Below are positions 1 through 11,451 of a DNA stretch of 64,000 bases, in pieces (the stretch's first letter is position 1; each line of letters opens with the position of its first letter). The position numbers were made by a program, and so were the translations under genes. The notes under the pieces are model-generated. The model had not been told where the DNA came from. It saw only the letters and a list, made by a program, of their open reading frames with translations, and did not search any database. Source of the DNA: an uncultured Aliarcobacter sp. (GTDB lineage: Bacteria > Campylobacterota > Campylobacteria > Campylobacterales > Arcobacteraceae); contig CAXXLV010000002.1 in the NCBI GenBank assembly GCA_963664305.2, forward strand, positions 1 through 64,000, written 5' to 3'.

Positions 1-3000
1 ATGGGAGCAGATGTAGGTGGAACGGCAGCAACATTAAGTTATGCATTATCACTAGCAGAAGGTACAACAACAAGCTTAACAAGTAATGGAGAAGAGATAA
101 CATTATCTTTAGTAAATGGTGTTGTAACAGGTACAGTAGCAGGAGTAACAGAGCCAATCTTTACAGTAGCAGTTGATGCAAGTACAGGAACAGTAACTCT
201 AACTCAAAATGGACCAATCGATCATTTAACAGAAGTAGATGGAAATGATGCAGATACATTAACAGATGATAATTCAGTAACAAATGTAGGATTATTATTA
301 AATGAAACTGGAGCAATTAACTTAACAGCAAGTGCAACAATCACAGATGGAGATGGAGATCAAAGAACAGATTCAGAAACAATAGATATTTCTGGAGCAA
401 TAAGCTTCGATGATGCTACTCCAACAGTAAATGTAGGTGTAACAGAAACAACAATACCAACATTAACAACACAAGATGCTGATACAATAGATACAAATAC
501 AGATGTAGTATCAGATACAGCAAGTGCATCGTTTGCAACTCTATTTACATTAACTCAAGATATGGGAGCAGATGTAGGTGGAACGGCAGCAACATTAAGT
601 TATGCATTATCACTAGCAGAAGGTACAACAACAAGCTTAACAAGTAATGGAGAAGAGATAACATTATCTTTAGTAAATGGTGTTGTAACAGGTACAGTAG
701 CAGGAGTAACAGAGCCAATCTTTACAGTAGCAGTTGATGCAAGTACAGGAACAGTAACTCTAACTCAAAATGGACCAATCGATCATTTAACAGAAGTAGA
801 TGGAAATGATGCAGATACATTAACAGATGATAATTCAGTAACAAATGTAGGATTATTATTAAATGAAACTGGAGCAATTAACTTAACAGCAAGTGCAACA
901 ATCACAGATGGAGATGGAGATCAAAGAACAGATTCAGAAACAATAGATATTTCTGGAGCAATAAGCTTCGATGATGCTACTCCAACAGTAAATGTAGGTG
1001 TAACAGAAACAACAATACCAACATTAACAACACAAGATGCTGATACAATAGATACAAATACAGATGTAGTATCAGATACAGCAAGTGCATCGTTTGCAAC
1101 TCTATTTACATTAACTCAAGATATGGGAGCAGATGTAGGTGGAACGGCAGCAACATTAAGTTATGCATTATCACTAGCAGAAGGTACAACAACAAGCTTA
1201 ACAAGTAATGGAGAAGAGATAACATTATCTTTAGTAAATGGTGTTGTAACAGGTACAGTAGCAGGAGTAACAGAGCCAATCTTTACAGTAGCAGTTGATG
1301 CAAGTACAGGAACAGTAACTCTAACTCAAAATGGACCAATCGATCATTTAACAGAAGTAGATGGAAATGATGCAGATACATTAACAGATGATAATTCAGT
1401 AACAAATGTAGGATTATTATTAAATGAAACTGGAGCAATTAACTTAACAGCAAGTGCAACAATCACAGATGGAGATGGAGATCAAAGAACAGATTCAGAA
1501 ACAATAGATATTTCTGGAGCAATAAGCTTCGATGATGCTACTCCAACAGTAAATGTAGGTGTAACAGAAACAACAATACCAACATTAACAACACAAGATG
1601 CTGATACAATAGATACAAATACAGATGTAGTATCAGATACAGCAAGTGCATCGTTTGCAACTCTATTTACATTAACTCAAGATATGGGAGCAGATGTAGG
1701 TGGAACGGCAGCAACATTAAGTTATGCATTATCACTAGCAGAAGGTACAACAACAAGCTTAACAAGTAATGGAGAAGAGATAACATTATCTTTAGTAAAT
1801 GGTGTTGTAACAGGTACAGTAGCAGGAGTAACAGAGCCAATCTTTACAGTAGCAGTTGATGCAAGTACAGGAACAGTAACTCTAACTCAAAATGGACCAA
1901 TCGATCATTTAACAGAAGTAGATGGAAATGATGCAGATACATTAACAGATGATAATTCAGTAACAAATGTAGGATTATTATTAAATGAAACTGGAGCAAT
2001 TAACTTAACAGCAAGTGCAACAATCACAGATGGAGATGGAGATCAAAGAACAGATTCAGAAACAATAGATATTTCTGGAGCAATAAGCTTCGATGATGCT
2101 ACTCCAACAGTAAATGTAGGTGTAACAGAAACAACAATACCAACATTAACAACACAAGATGCTGATACAATAGATACAAATACAGATGTAGTATCAGATA
2201 CAGCAAGTGCATCGTTTGCAACTCTATTTACATTAACTCAAGATATGGGAGCAGATGTAGGTGGAACGGCAGCAACATTAAGTTATGCATTATCACTAGC
2301 AGAAGGTACAACAACAAGCTTAACAAGTAATGGAGAAGAGATAACATTATCTTTAGTAAATGGTGTTGTAACAGGTACAGTAGCAGGAGTAACAGAGCCA
2401 ATCTTTACAGTAGCAGTTGATGCAAGTACAGGAACAGTAACTCTAACTCAAAATGGACCAATCGATCATTTAACAGAAGTAGATGGAAATGATGCAGATA
2501 CATTAACAGATGATAATTCAGTAACAAATGTAGGATTATTATTAAATGAAACTGGAGCAATTAACTTAACAGCAAGTGCAACAATCACAGATGGAGATGG
2601 AGATCAAAGAACAGATTCAGAAACAATAGATATTTCTGGAGCAATAAGCTTCGATGATGCTACTCCAACAGTAAATGTAGGTGTAACAGAAACAACAATA
2701 CCAACATTAACAACACAAGATGCTGATACAATAGATACAAATACAGATGTAGTATCAGATACAGCAAGTGCATCGTTTGCAACTCTATTTACATTAACTC
2801 AAGATATGGGAGCAGATGTAGGTGGAACGGCAGCAACATTAAGTTATGCATTATCACTAGCAGAAGGTACAACAACAAGCTTAACAAGTAATGGAGAAGA
2901 GATAACATTATCTTTAGTAAATGGTGTTGTAACAGGTACAGTAGCAGGAGTAACAGAGCCAATCTTTACAGTAGCAGTTGATGCAAGTACAGGAACAGTA

Positions 3001-6000
3001 ACTCTAACTCAAAATGGACCAATCGATCATTTAACAGAAGTAGATGGAAATGATGCAGATACATTAACAGATGATAATTCAGTAACAAATGTAGGATTAT
3101 TATTAAATGAAACTGGAGCAATTAACTTAACAGCAAGTGCAACAATCACAGATGGAGATGGAGATCAAAGAACAGATTCAGAAACAATAGATATTTCTGG
3201 AGCAATAAGCTTCGATGATGCTACTCCAACAGTAAATGTAGGTGTAACAGAAACAACAATACCAACATTAACAACACAAGATGCTGATACAATAGATACA
3301 AATACAGATGTAGTATCAGATACAGCAAGTGCATCGTTTGCAACTCTATTTACATTAACTCAAGATATGGGAGCAGATGTAGGTGGAACGGCAGCAACAT
3401 TAAGTTATGCATTATCACTAGCAGAAGGTACAACAACAAGCTTAACAAGTAATGGAGAAGAGATAACATTATCTTTAGTAAATGGTGTTGTAACAGGTAC
3501 AGTAGCAGGAGTAACAGAGCCAATCTTTACAGTAGCAGTTGATGCAAGTACAGGAACAGTAACTCTAACTCAAAATGGACCAATCGATCATTTAACAGAA
3601 GTAGATGGAAATGATGCAGATACATTAACAGATGATAATTCAGTAACAAATGTAGGATTATTATTAAATGAAACTGGAGCAATTAACTTAACAGCAAGTG
3701 CAACAATCACAGATGGAGATGGAGATCAAAGAACAGATTCAGAAACAATAGATATTTCTGGAGCAATAAGCTTCGATGATGCTACTCCAACAGTAAATGT
3801 AGGTGTAACAGAAACAACAATACCAACATTAACAACACAAGATGCTGATACAATAGATACAAATACAGATGTAGTATCAGATACAGCAAGTGCATCGTTT
3901 GCAACTCTATTTACATTAACTCAAGATATGGGAGCAGATGTAGGTGGAACGGCAGCAACATTAAGTTATGCATTATCACTAGCAGAAGGTACAACAACAA
4001 GCTTAACAAGTAATGGAGAAGAGATAACATTATCTTTAGTAAATGGTGTTGTAACAGGTACAGTAGCAGGAGTAACAGAGCCAATCTTTACAGTAGCAGT
4101 TGATGCAAGTACAGGAACAGTAACTCTAACTCAAAATGGACCAATCGATCATTTAACAGAAGTAGATGGAAATGATGCAGATACATTAACAGATGATAAT
4201 TCAGTAACAAATGTAGGATTATTATTAAATGAAACTGGAGCAATTAACTTAACAGCAAGTGCAACAATCACAGATGGAGATGGAGATCAAAGAACAGATT
4301 CAGAAACAATAGATATTTCTGGAGCAATAAGCTTCGATGATGCTACTCCAACAGTAAATGTAGGTGTAACAGAAACAACAATACCAACATTAACAACACA
4401 AGATGCTGATACAATAGATACAAATACAGATGTAGTATCAGATACAGCAAGTGCATCGTTTGCAACTCTATTTACATTAACTCAAGATATGGGAGCAGAT
4501 GTAGGTGGAACGGCAGCAACATTAAGTTATGCATTATCACTAGCAGAAGGTACAACAACAAGCTTAACAAGTAATGGAGAAGAGATAACATTATCTTTAG
4601 TAAATGGTGTTGTAACAGGTACAGTAGCAGGAGTAACAGAGCCAATCTTTACAGTAGCAGTTGATGCAAGTACAGGAACAGTAACTCTAACTCAAAATGG
4701 ACCAATCGATCATTTAACAGAAGTAGATGGAAATGATGCAGATACATTAACAGATGATAATTCAGTAACAAATGTAGGATTATTATTAAATGAAACTGGA
4801 GCAATTAACTTAACAGCAAGTGCAACAATCACAGATGGAGATGGAGATCAAAGAACAGATTCAGAAACAATAGATATTTCTGGAGCAATAAGCTTCGATG
4901 ATGCTACTCCAACAGTAAATGTAGGTGTAACAGAAACAACAATACCAACATTAACAACACAAGATGCTGATACAATAGATACAAATACAGATGTAGTATC
5001 AGATACAGCAAGTGCATCGTTTGCAACTCTATTTACATTAACTCAAGATATGGGAGCAGATGTAGGTGGAACGGCAGCAACATTAAGTTATGCATTATCA
5101 CTAGCAGAAGGTACAACAACAAGCTTAACAAGTAATGGAGAAGAGATAACATTATCTTTAGTAAATGGTGTTGTAACAGGTACAGTAGCAGGAGTAACAG
5201 AGCCAATCTTTACAGTAGCAGTTGATGCAAGTACAGGAACAGTAACTCTAACTCAAAATGGACCAATCGATCATTTAACAGAAGTAGATGGAAATGATGC
5301 AGATACATTAACAGATGATAATTCAGTAACAAATGTAGGATTATTATTAAATGAAACTGGAGCAATTAACTTAACAGCAAGTGCAACAATCACAGATGGA
5401 GATGGAGATCAAAGAACAGATTCAGAAACAATAGATATTTCTGGAGCAATAAGCTTCGATGATGCTACTCCAACAGTAAATGTAGGTGTAACAGAAACAA
5501 CAATACCAACATTAACAACACAAGATGCTGATACAATAGATACAAATACAGATGTAGTATCAGATACAGCAAGTGCATCGTTTGCAACTCTATTTACATT
5601 AACTCAAGATATGGGAGCAGATGTAGGTGGAACGGCAGCAACATTAAGTTATGCATTATCACTAGCAGAAGGTACAACAACAAGCTTAACAAGTAATGGA
5701 GAAGAGATAACATTATCTTTAGTAAATGGTGTTGTAACAGGTACAGTAGCAGGAGTAACAGAGCCAATCTTTACAGTAGCAGTTGATGCAAGTACAGGAA
5801 CAGTAACTCTAACTCAAAATGGACCAATCGATCATTTAACAGAAGTAGATGGAAATGATGCAGATACATTAACAGATGATAATTCAGTAACAAATGTAGG
5901 ATTATTATTAAATGAAACTGGAGCAATTAACTTAACAGCAAGTGCAACAATCACAGATGGAGATGGAGATCAAAGAACAGATTCAGAAACAATAGATATT

Positions 6001-8285
6001 TCTGGAGCAATAAGCTTCGATGATGCTACTCCAACAGTAAATGTAGGTGTAACAGAAACAACAATACCAACATTAACAACACAAGATGCTGATACAATAG
6101 ATACAAATACAGATGTAGTATCAGATACAGCAAGTGCATCGTTTGCAACTCTATTTACATTAACTCAAGATATGGGAGCAGATGTAGGTGGAACGGCAGC
6201 AACATTAAGTTATGCATTATCACTAGCAGAAGGTACAACAACAAGCTTAACAAGTAATGGAGAAGAGATAACATTATCTTTAGTAAATGGTGTTGTAACA
6301 GGTACAGTAGCAGGAGTAACAGAGCCAATCTTTACAGTAGCAGTTGATGCAAGTACAGGAACAGTAACTCTAACTCAAAATGGACCAATCGATCATTTAA
6401 CAGAAGTAGATGGAAATGATGCAGATACATTAACAGATGATAATTCAGTAACAAATGTAGGATTATTATTAAATGAAACTGGAGCAATTAACTTAACAGC
6501 AAGTGCAACAATCACAGATGGAGATGGAGATCAAAGAACAGATTCAGAAACAATAGATATTTCTGGAGCAATAAGCTTCGATGATGCTACTCCAACAGTA
6601 AATGTAGGTGTAACAGAAACAACAATACCAACATTAACAACACAAGATGCTGATACAATAGATACAAATACAGATGTAGTATCAGATACAGCAAGTGCAT
6701 CGTTTGCAACTCTATTTACATTAACTCAAGATATGGGAGCAGATGTAGGTGGAACGGCAGCAACATTAAGTTATGCATTATCACTAGCAGAAGGTACAAC
6801 AACAAGCTTAACAAGTAATGGAGAAGAGATAACATTATCTTTAGTAAATGGTGTTGTAACAGGTACAGTAGCAGGAGTAACAGAGCCAATCTTTACAGTA
6901 GCAGTTGATGCAAGTACAGGAACAGTAACTCTAACTCAAAATGGACCAATCGATCATTTAACAGAAGTAGATGGAAATGATGCAGATACATTAACAGATG
7001 ATAATTCAGTAACAAATGTAGGATTATTATTAAATGAAACTGGAGCAATTAACTTAACAGCAAGTGCAACAATCACAGATGGAGATGGAGATCAAAGAAC
7101 AGATTCAGAAACAATAGATATTTCTGGAGCAATAAGCTTCGATGATGCTACTCCAACAGTAAATGTAGGTGTAACAGAAACAACAATACCAACATTAACA
7201 ACACAAGATGCTGATACAATAGATACAAATACAGATGTAGTATCAGATACAGCAAGTGCATCGTTTGCAACTCTATTTACATTAACTCAAGATATGGGAG
7301 CAGATGTAGGTGGAACGGCAGCAACATTAAGTTATGCATTATCACTAGCAGAAGGTACAACAACAAGCTTAACAAGTAATGGAGAAGAGATAACATTATC
7401 TTTAGTAAATGGTGTTGTAACAGGTACAGTAGCAGGAGTAACAGAGCCAATCTTTACAGTAGCAGTTGATGCAAGTACAGGAACAGTAACTCTAACTCAA
7501 AATGGACCAATCGATCATTTAACAGAAGTAGATGGAAATGATGCAGATACATTAACAGATGATAATTCAGTAACAAATGTAGGATTATTATTAAATGAAA
7601 CTGGAGCAATTAACTTAACAGCAAGTGCAACAATCACAGATGGAGATGGAGATCAAAGAACAGATTCAGAAACAATAGATATTTCTGGAGCAATAAGCTT
7701 CGATGATGCTACTCCAACAGTAAATGTAGGTGTAACAGAAACAACAATACCAACATTAACAACACAAGATGCTGATACAATAGATACAAATACAGATGTA
7801 GTATCAGATACAGCAAGTGCATCGTTTGCAACTCTATTTACATTAACTCAAGATATGGGAGCAGATGTAGGTGGAACGGCAGCAACATTAAGTTATGCAT
7901 TATCACTAGCAGAAGGTACAACAACAAGCTTAACAAGTAATGGAGAAGAGATAACATTATCTTTAGTAAATGGTGTTGTAACAGGTACAGTAGCAGGAGT
8001 AACAGAGCCAATCTTTACAGTAGCAGTTGATGCAAGTACAGGAACAGTAACTCTAACTCAAAATGGACCAATCGATCATTTAACAGAAGTAGATGGAAAT
8101 GATGCAGATACATTAACAGATGATAATTCAGTAACAAATGTAGGATTATTATTAAATGAAACTGGAGCAATTAACTTAACAGCAAGTGCAACAATCACAG
8201 ATGGAGATGGAGATCAAAGAACAGATTCAGAAACAATAGATATTTCTGGAGCAATAAGCTTCGATGATGCTACTCCAACAGTAAA
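1..8285 (+). repeat. Tandem 561-bp (187-codon) intragenic repeat, 14 full copies plus a 431-bp partial copy within the window
   Basis: ATGGGAGCAGATGTAGG recurs at 1, 562, 1123, 1684 ... 7855. Identity ends at 8285 (ccaacagtaaa-c versus -t). Translated copies look identical. Confidence 0.97.
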
Positions 8286-11200
8286 CTTCACAGATGCAAT
8301 AAATAATACAACAACTCCAACAGTTGCAATAGGAACTTGGTCAGAGACTATAGGTGCAGATAATAATTCAATGACATTAGGTGCAGATGTTGAGTTAAAT
8401 TGGGTTAAAGTTAATAATGTTTTAATTCCAACAACAACTTTTACTTTTGATAATAGCTCAAATACGGGAAGTGGAACTTTTGTGTATGATGGAACAACAT
8501 ATAATTTTGATTTAACATTAAATAATAATGGTACTTATGAAGTTGTTGCAGCTTCTTTACCTCAAACTATAGAGATTAATTATAATGAATTCTCAAGTAG
8601 TATCAAAGCATCAGGTCCAACTGATACTTATATTGTTGAATATCAAGATGCAGATACAAAAGATATATATAGTGCAAAAATTTACGCAGAGGTTGAAGGT
8701 AATAGTTTATCATTGGTTAATTATGTTAATTCAACAACAACTAATATTATTCCATCAACAACAGTTGGTAGCACAATAAATGTTTCAGCAACAGGTATTG
8801 GACTAGGAAACAATGTCTTAGAGAGTTATTACAAAAATGGAGTATATACAAGCGAGTCTTTATATTTTAATCCTGATAATGAAACAAACTTAATAACATT
8901 AAATTTCACAGGAACAGGAGCAAATGCTTTTGGTAGTGGAGATGTTATTTATATAGAGTTAACAGGAGTTGATGGAACAGTACAAACTGTATTATTAGAT
9001 AGTGTTCATGGTGATTTTATCGTAAATAGTGATAATAGCTTAACTCCTATTTCAAATACTTATACAGGTGGGAATTTATCATCTTATTCTGTTTCTTTAT
9101 CAAATGGAGAAGCAATTGATTATGTTAAAGTAACAACTGGATTTAGTGGAACAACTGAAACAAATGTAAAACTAGCTTTTAGTTATTCTGTAAGTGAAAC
9201 TGTAACATTTAATGAAGATTTATCAATGAATTTTACAGCTACAATAACTGATGCAGATAATGACCAAGATAGTATAGATTTTGATGTGCAATTTAATAAA
9301 GTTGATTTAATTCCTGAAAGTACAGATAAAATATTTGATATGACTTTAGGTGATACTAAAGAGACAGTAAATGTTGTAATAACATTAGATCTTTCAGGTA
9401 GTATGGATGATGATATTAATGATACAACAAGATTAGCTTTAGCAAAAGATGCAATTGAAAATATGTTAAATGCATATGCTGATAATTATATTGTTAATGT
9501 AAAACTTGTAACATTTAGTGATACTGGAACTTCATATGATTGGATTCTAAATGATGTAGATACTGCAATTGATACTGTAAATAGTTTAAATACTGGAGTT
9601 TATACAAATTATGAGGCAGGTGTTTCTGCAACATATAGTAATTATACAGAGCCTACAGCAGATAAAACTGTTGCATATTTTATTTCTGATGGTGCGCCAA
9701 CATCTGAAAATAATGAAGGACCAGATCAATGGGGTAATGTTGGTTCAGATTCTGAATCTGGTTGGTTAGATACAAGTTATAAAACAGCATGGAACACTTT
9801 TGTTGACACTTATGTAGATGAATTAAATGTAATAGCAGTAAATAGTGGAACATTTAGTACTACTTATTTAGATGCTCTTGCTTCTGCTGAACAAGGAAAT
9901 AATACAATAGTAATTACTGATGAATATCAATTAAGTAATATTTTAGTTAACCTTGCAAGTGAACAAATAAGTGGAAATGCATATAGTACTATTAGTGGAG
10001 GAAATGGTGTAATTTCTATTGATGCAATAGAAGTAAATGGTACAACATATAATGCAAGTGATTATACTTCATCAAATAATACAGTAACATTAAATAATTG
10101 GAATGGAACTTTGACATTTAATTTCTCAAATGGTGCATATACATATGTAACAAGTGCAGATAAATTTACACAAGATTTAGAAAAATCTTTCAAAGTTTTT
10201 GCCTCTGATGCAGATGGGGATTCTACAAGTTTTGACGTAAAAATAAATGTTGATATTGATGATACAGCATCAACTCCAACTCTTGATATGAATATATCAG
10301 ATAGTACAACAGTTATTTCTGACTTAACTTATCCAGATAGAACTATATCAAATGGAGCAACTTATAGTCAAACTATTTCTCTTGGTAGTGCTTATGCAAA
10401 TAAAACAGTTACTGTAAGTTTTGATGCACAAACGGGTGGTAACTGGAATAACTCTGATACATTTAAAGTTTATAATGGAACAATATCTTCTGCTAATGAA
10501 GTTTATTCTAATAAAAATGATTTTACAGTTAATAATAAAACTTTTACAGTGACATTAGATTCTTTTGGTAATGCAACAATAAATTTTGTTTCATATTCAA
10601 ATGAAAGTGATGAAACTATCAGAATTAGTGATTTTAAAGTTCTAAATAGCGTAGAAAATTATCATTATACAATTGCATTAGATGCAGGATTAACTGATAA
10701 TGGAGAAACATTATCTGATATAACTCTTGATAATTTACCAGCAGGTACAACAATTGATGGATTAACTGCAAATGTAGATGGAAGTTATACAATAGATATT
10801 AATTCTTCTGGAGATGCAACTGTTACATTGATTAGTCCAACACAATTAGACCTATCAAGTTTAAATAGTATCACTGCAAGTGTAACTTCTACGGAAACAA
10901 CAGGAGATGAAGCAATAATTACAGTAAATGATACGTCTATTCTTTCAGTTGAAGCAGGTTCAGGTGATGATGAAATTGATTATACTAATAATACATCTAT
11001 TGATGGTGGAGAAGGAGTAGATACTTTAATCTTATCTAATAGTGATTCTATTGACTTCTCAAATGTAAATCAAGGTGCAACTCAAACTATTTCAAGTATT
11101 GAGAATATTGATTTAACAGCAAGTGGAACACAATCTATAACAAAATTATCACTTGCAGATGTTGTTCAATTAACTCAAGACCAAGTTGATGCAGATGGAA

Positions 11201-11406
11201 AACATATATTAAAAATAACAGGTAGTGATACAGCTTCAACAAGTGAAGATTCTGTACATTTTGATTTAACGGAAGGGGTAGTATGGAGTCATGCTGGAAC
11301 ACAATTGATTGATAATGTTTCATATAACGTTTATACAAACGATACAGACCCAACATATAAAGTTGCAATTGCAAATGTTGATGATGTAAATATCTCAAAT
11401 TCATAA
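1..11406 (+). CDS. Giant repetitive T1SS/RTX-type surface adhesin, 5'-truncated by the window (DUF5801/T1SS-type repeats, vWA domain, RTX-like C-terminus)
   Basis: 3801-codon open frame. 187-aa acidic Thr/Asp/Val-rich repeats with TVTLTQNGPIDH and TITDGDGD motifs; vWA MIDAS (ITLDLSGSM...FISDGAP) at about 9365-9960; C-terminal AGSGDDEI / IDGGEGVDTL / IENIDL. The ATG at position 1 is internal to a repeat. Confidence 0.9.
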   Translation: MGADVGGTAATLSYALSLAEGTTTSLTSNGEEITLSLVNGVVTGTVAGVTEPIFTVAVDASTGTVTLTQNGPIDHLTEVDGNDADTLTDDNSVTNVGLLLNETGAINLTASATITDGDGDQRTDSETIDISGAISFDDATPTVNVGVTETTIPTLTTQDADTIDTNTDVVSDTASASFATLFTLTQDMGADVGGTAATLSYALSLAEGTTTSLTSNGEEITLSLVNGVVTGTVAGVTEPIFTVAVDASTGTVTLTQNGPIDHLTEVDGNDADTLTDDNSVTNVGLLLNETGAINLTASATITDGDGDQRTDSETIDISGAISFDDATPTVNVGVTETTIPTLTTQDADTIDTNTDVVSDTASASFATLFTLTQDMGADVGGTAATLSYALSLAEGTTTSLTSNGEEITLSLVNGVVTGTVAGVTEPIFTVAVDASTGTVTLTQNGPIDHLTEVDGNDADTLTDDNSVTNVGLLLNETGAINLTASATITDGDGDQRTDSETIDISGAISFDDATPTVNVGVTETTIPTLTTQDADTIDTNTDVVSDTASASFATLFTLTQDMGADVGGTAATLSYALSLAEGTTTSLTSNGEEITLSLVNGVVTGTVAGVTEPIFTVAVDASTGTVTLTQNGPIDHLTEVDGNDADTLTDDNSVTNVGLLLNETGAINLTASATITDGDGDQRTDSETIDISGAISFDDATPTVNVGVTETTIPTLTTQDADTIDTNTDVVSDTASASFATLFTLTQDMGADVGGTAATLSYALSLAEGTTTSLTSNGEEITLSLVNGVVTGTVAGVTEPIFTVAVDASTGTVTLTQNGPIDHLTEVDGNDADTLTDDNSVTNVGLLLNETGAINLTASATITDGDGDQRTDSETIDISGAISFDDATPTVNVGVTETTIPTLTTQDADTIDTNTDVVSDTASASFATLFTLTQDMGADVGGTAATLSYALSLAEGTTTSLTSNGEEITLSLVNGVVTGTVAGVTEPIFTVAVDASTGTVTLTQNGPIDHLTEVDGNDADTLTDDNSVTNVGLLLNETGAINLTASATITDGDGDQRTDSETIDISGAISFDDATPTVNVGVTETTIPTLTTQDADTIDTNTDVVSDTASASFATLFTLTQDMGADVGGTAATLSYALSLAEGTTTSLTSNGEEITLSLVNGVVTGTVAGVTEPIFTVAVDASTGTVTLTQNGPIDHLTEVDGNDADTLTDDNSVTNVGLLLNETGAINLTASATITDGDGDQRTDSETIDISGAISFDDATPTVNVGVTETTIPTLTTQDADTIDTNTDVVSDTASASFATLFTLTQDMGADVGGTAATLSYALSLAEGTTTSLTSNGEEITLSLVNGVVTGTVAGVTEPIFTVAVDASTGTVTLTQNGPIDHLTEVDGNDADTLTDDNSVTNVGLLLNETGAINLTASATITDGDGDQRTDSETIDISGAISFDDATPTVNVGVTETTIPTLTTQDADTIDTNTDVVSDTASASFATLFTLTQDMGADVGGTAATLSYALSLAEGTTTSLTSNGEEITLSLVNGVVTGTVAGVTEPIFTVAVDASTGTVTLTQNGPIDHLTEVDGNDADTLTDDNSVTNVGLLLNETGAINLTASATITDGDGDQRTDSETIDISGAISFDDATPTVNVGVTETTIPTLTTQDADTIDTNTDVVSDTASASFATLFTLTQDMGADVGGTAATLSYALSLAEGTTTSLTSNGEEITLSLVNGVVTGTVAGVTEPIFTVAVDASTGTVTLTQNGPIDHLTEVDGNDADTLTDDNSVTNVGLLLNETGAINLTASATITDGDGDQRTDSETIDISGAISFDDATPTVNVGVTETTIPTLTTQDADTIDTNTDVVSDTASASFATLFTLTQDMGADVGGTAATLSYALSLAEGTTTSLTSNGEEITLSLVNGVVTGTVAGVTEPIFTVAVDASTGTVTLTQNGPIDHLTEVDGNDADTLTDDNSVTNVGLLLNETGAINLTASATITDGDGDQRTDSETIDISGAISFDDATPTVNVGVTETTIPTLTTQDADTIDTNTDVVSDTASASFATLFTLTQDMGADVGGTAATLSYALSLAEGTTTSLTSNGEEITLSLVNGVVTGTVAGVTEPIFTVAVDASTGTVTLTQNGPIDHLTEVDGNDADTLTDDNSVTNVGLLLNETGAINLTASATITDGDGDQRTDSETIDISGAISFDDATPTVNVGVTETTIPTLTTQDADTIDTNTDVVSDTASASFATLFTLTQDMGADVGGTAATLSYALSLAEGTTTSLTSNGEEITLSLVNGVVTGTVAGVTEPIFTVAVDASTGTVTLTQNGPIDHLTEVDGNDADTLTDDNSVTNVGLLLNETGAINLTASATITDGDGDQRTDSETIDISGAISFDDATPTVNVGVTETTIPTLTTQDADTIDTNTDVVSDTASASFATLFTLTQDMGADVGGTAATLSYALSLAEGTTTSLTSNGEEITLSLVNGVVTGTVAGVTEPIFTVAVDASTGTVTLTQNGPIDHLTEVDGNDADTLTDDNSVTNVGLLLNETGAINLTASATITDGDGDQRTDSETIDISGAISFDDATPTVNVGVTETTIPTLTTQDADTIDTNTDVVSDTASASFATLFTLTQDMGADVGGTAATLSYALSLAEGTTTSLTSNGEEITLSLVNGVVTGTVAGVTEPIFTVAVDASTGTVTLTQNGPIDHLTEVDGNDADTLTDDNSVTNVGLLLNETGAINLTASATITDGDGDQRTDSETIDISGAISFDDATPTVNFTDAINNTTTPTVAIGTWSETIGADNNSMTLGADVELNWVKVNNVLIPTTTFTFDNSSNTGSGTFVYDGTTYNFDLTLNNNGTYEVVAASLPQTIEINYNEFSSSIKASGPTDTYIVEYQDADTKDIYSAKIYAEVEGNSLSLVNYVNSTTTNIIPSTTVGSTINVSATGIGLGNNVLESYYKNGVYTSESLYFNPDNETNLITLNFTGTGANAFGSGDVIYIELTGVDGTVQTVLLDSVHGDFIVNSDNSLTPISNTYTGGNLSSYSVSLSNGEAIDYVKVTTGFSGTTETNVKLAFSYSVSETVTFNEDLSMNFTATITDADNDQDSIDFDVQFNKVDLIPESTDKIFDMTLGDTKETVNVVITLDLSGSMDDDINDTTRLALAKDAIENMLNAYADNYIVNVKLVTFSDTGTSYDWILNDVDTAIDTVNSLNTGVYTNYEAGVSATYSNYTEPTADKTVAYFISDGAPTSENNEGPDQWGNVGSDSESGWLDTSYKTAWNTFVDTYVDELNVIAVNSGTFSTTYLDALASAEQGNNTIVITDEYQLSNILVNLASEQISGNAYSTISGGNGVISIDAIEVNGTTYNASDYTSSNNTVTLNNWNGTLTFNFSNGAYTYVTSADKFTQDLEKSFKVFASDADGDSTSFDVKINVDIDDTASTPTLDMNISDSTTVISDLTYPDRTISNGATYSQTISLGSAYANKTVTVSFDAQTGGNWNNSDTFKVYNGTISSANEVYSNKNDFTVNNKTFTVTLDSFGNATINFVSYSNESDETIRISDFKVLNSVENYHYTIALDAGLTDNGETLSDITLDNLPAGTTIDGLTANVDGSYTIDINSSGDATVTLISPTQLDLSSLNSITASVTSTETTGDEAIITVNDTSILSVEAGSGDDEIDYTNNTSIDGGEGVDTLILSNSDSIDFSNVNQGATQTISSIENIDLTASGTQSITKLSLADVVQLTQDQVDADGKHILKITGSDTASTSEDSVHFDLTEGVVWSHAGTQLIDNVSYNVYTNDTDPTYKVAIANVDDVNISNS

Positions 11407-11439
11407 AAAAGTGGAGGTAGTTTTCTACTTCCCTTTTTT
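11405..11439. terminator. Probable bidirectional intrinsic terminator
   Basis: aaaaaagtggaggtag-tttt-ctacttcccttttt between the convergent adhesin and LysR genes. Confidence 0.7.
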
Positions 11440-11451
11440 ATATAAAAAATC

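Noticed and set aside
1..3. ATG at position 1 as the adhesin start
   Set aside because: The same Met occurs in every repeat, so the gene begins upstream of the window
1..8285. Repeat array as a CRISPR or non-coding repeat
   Set aside because: The 561-bp units are in frame and coding, with no spacers and no cas genes
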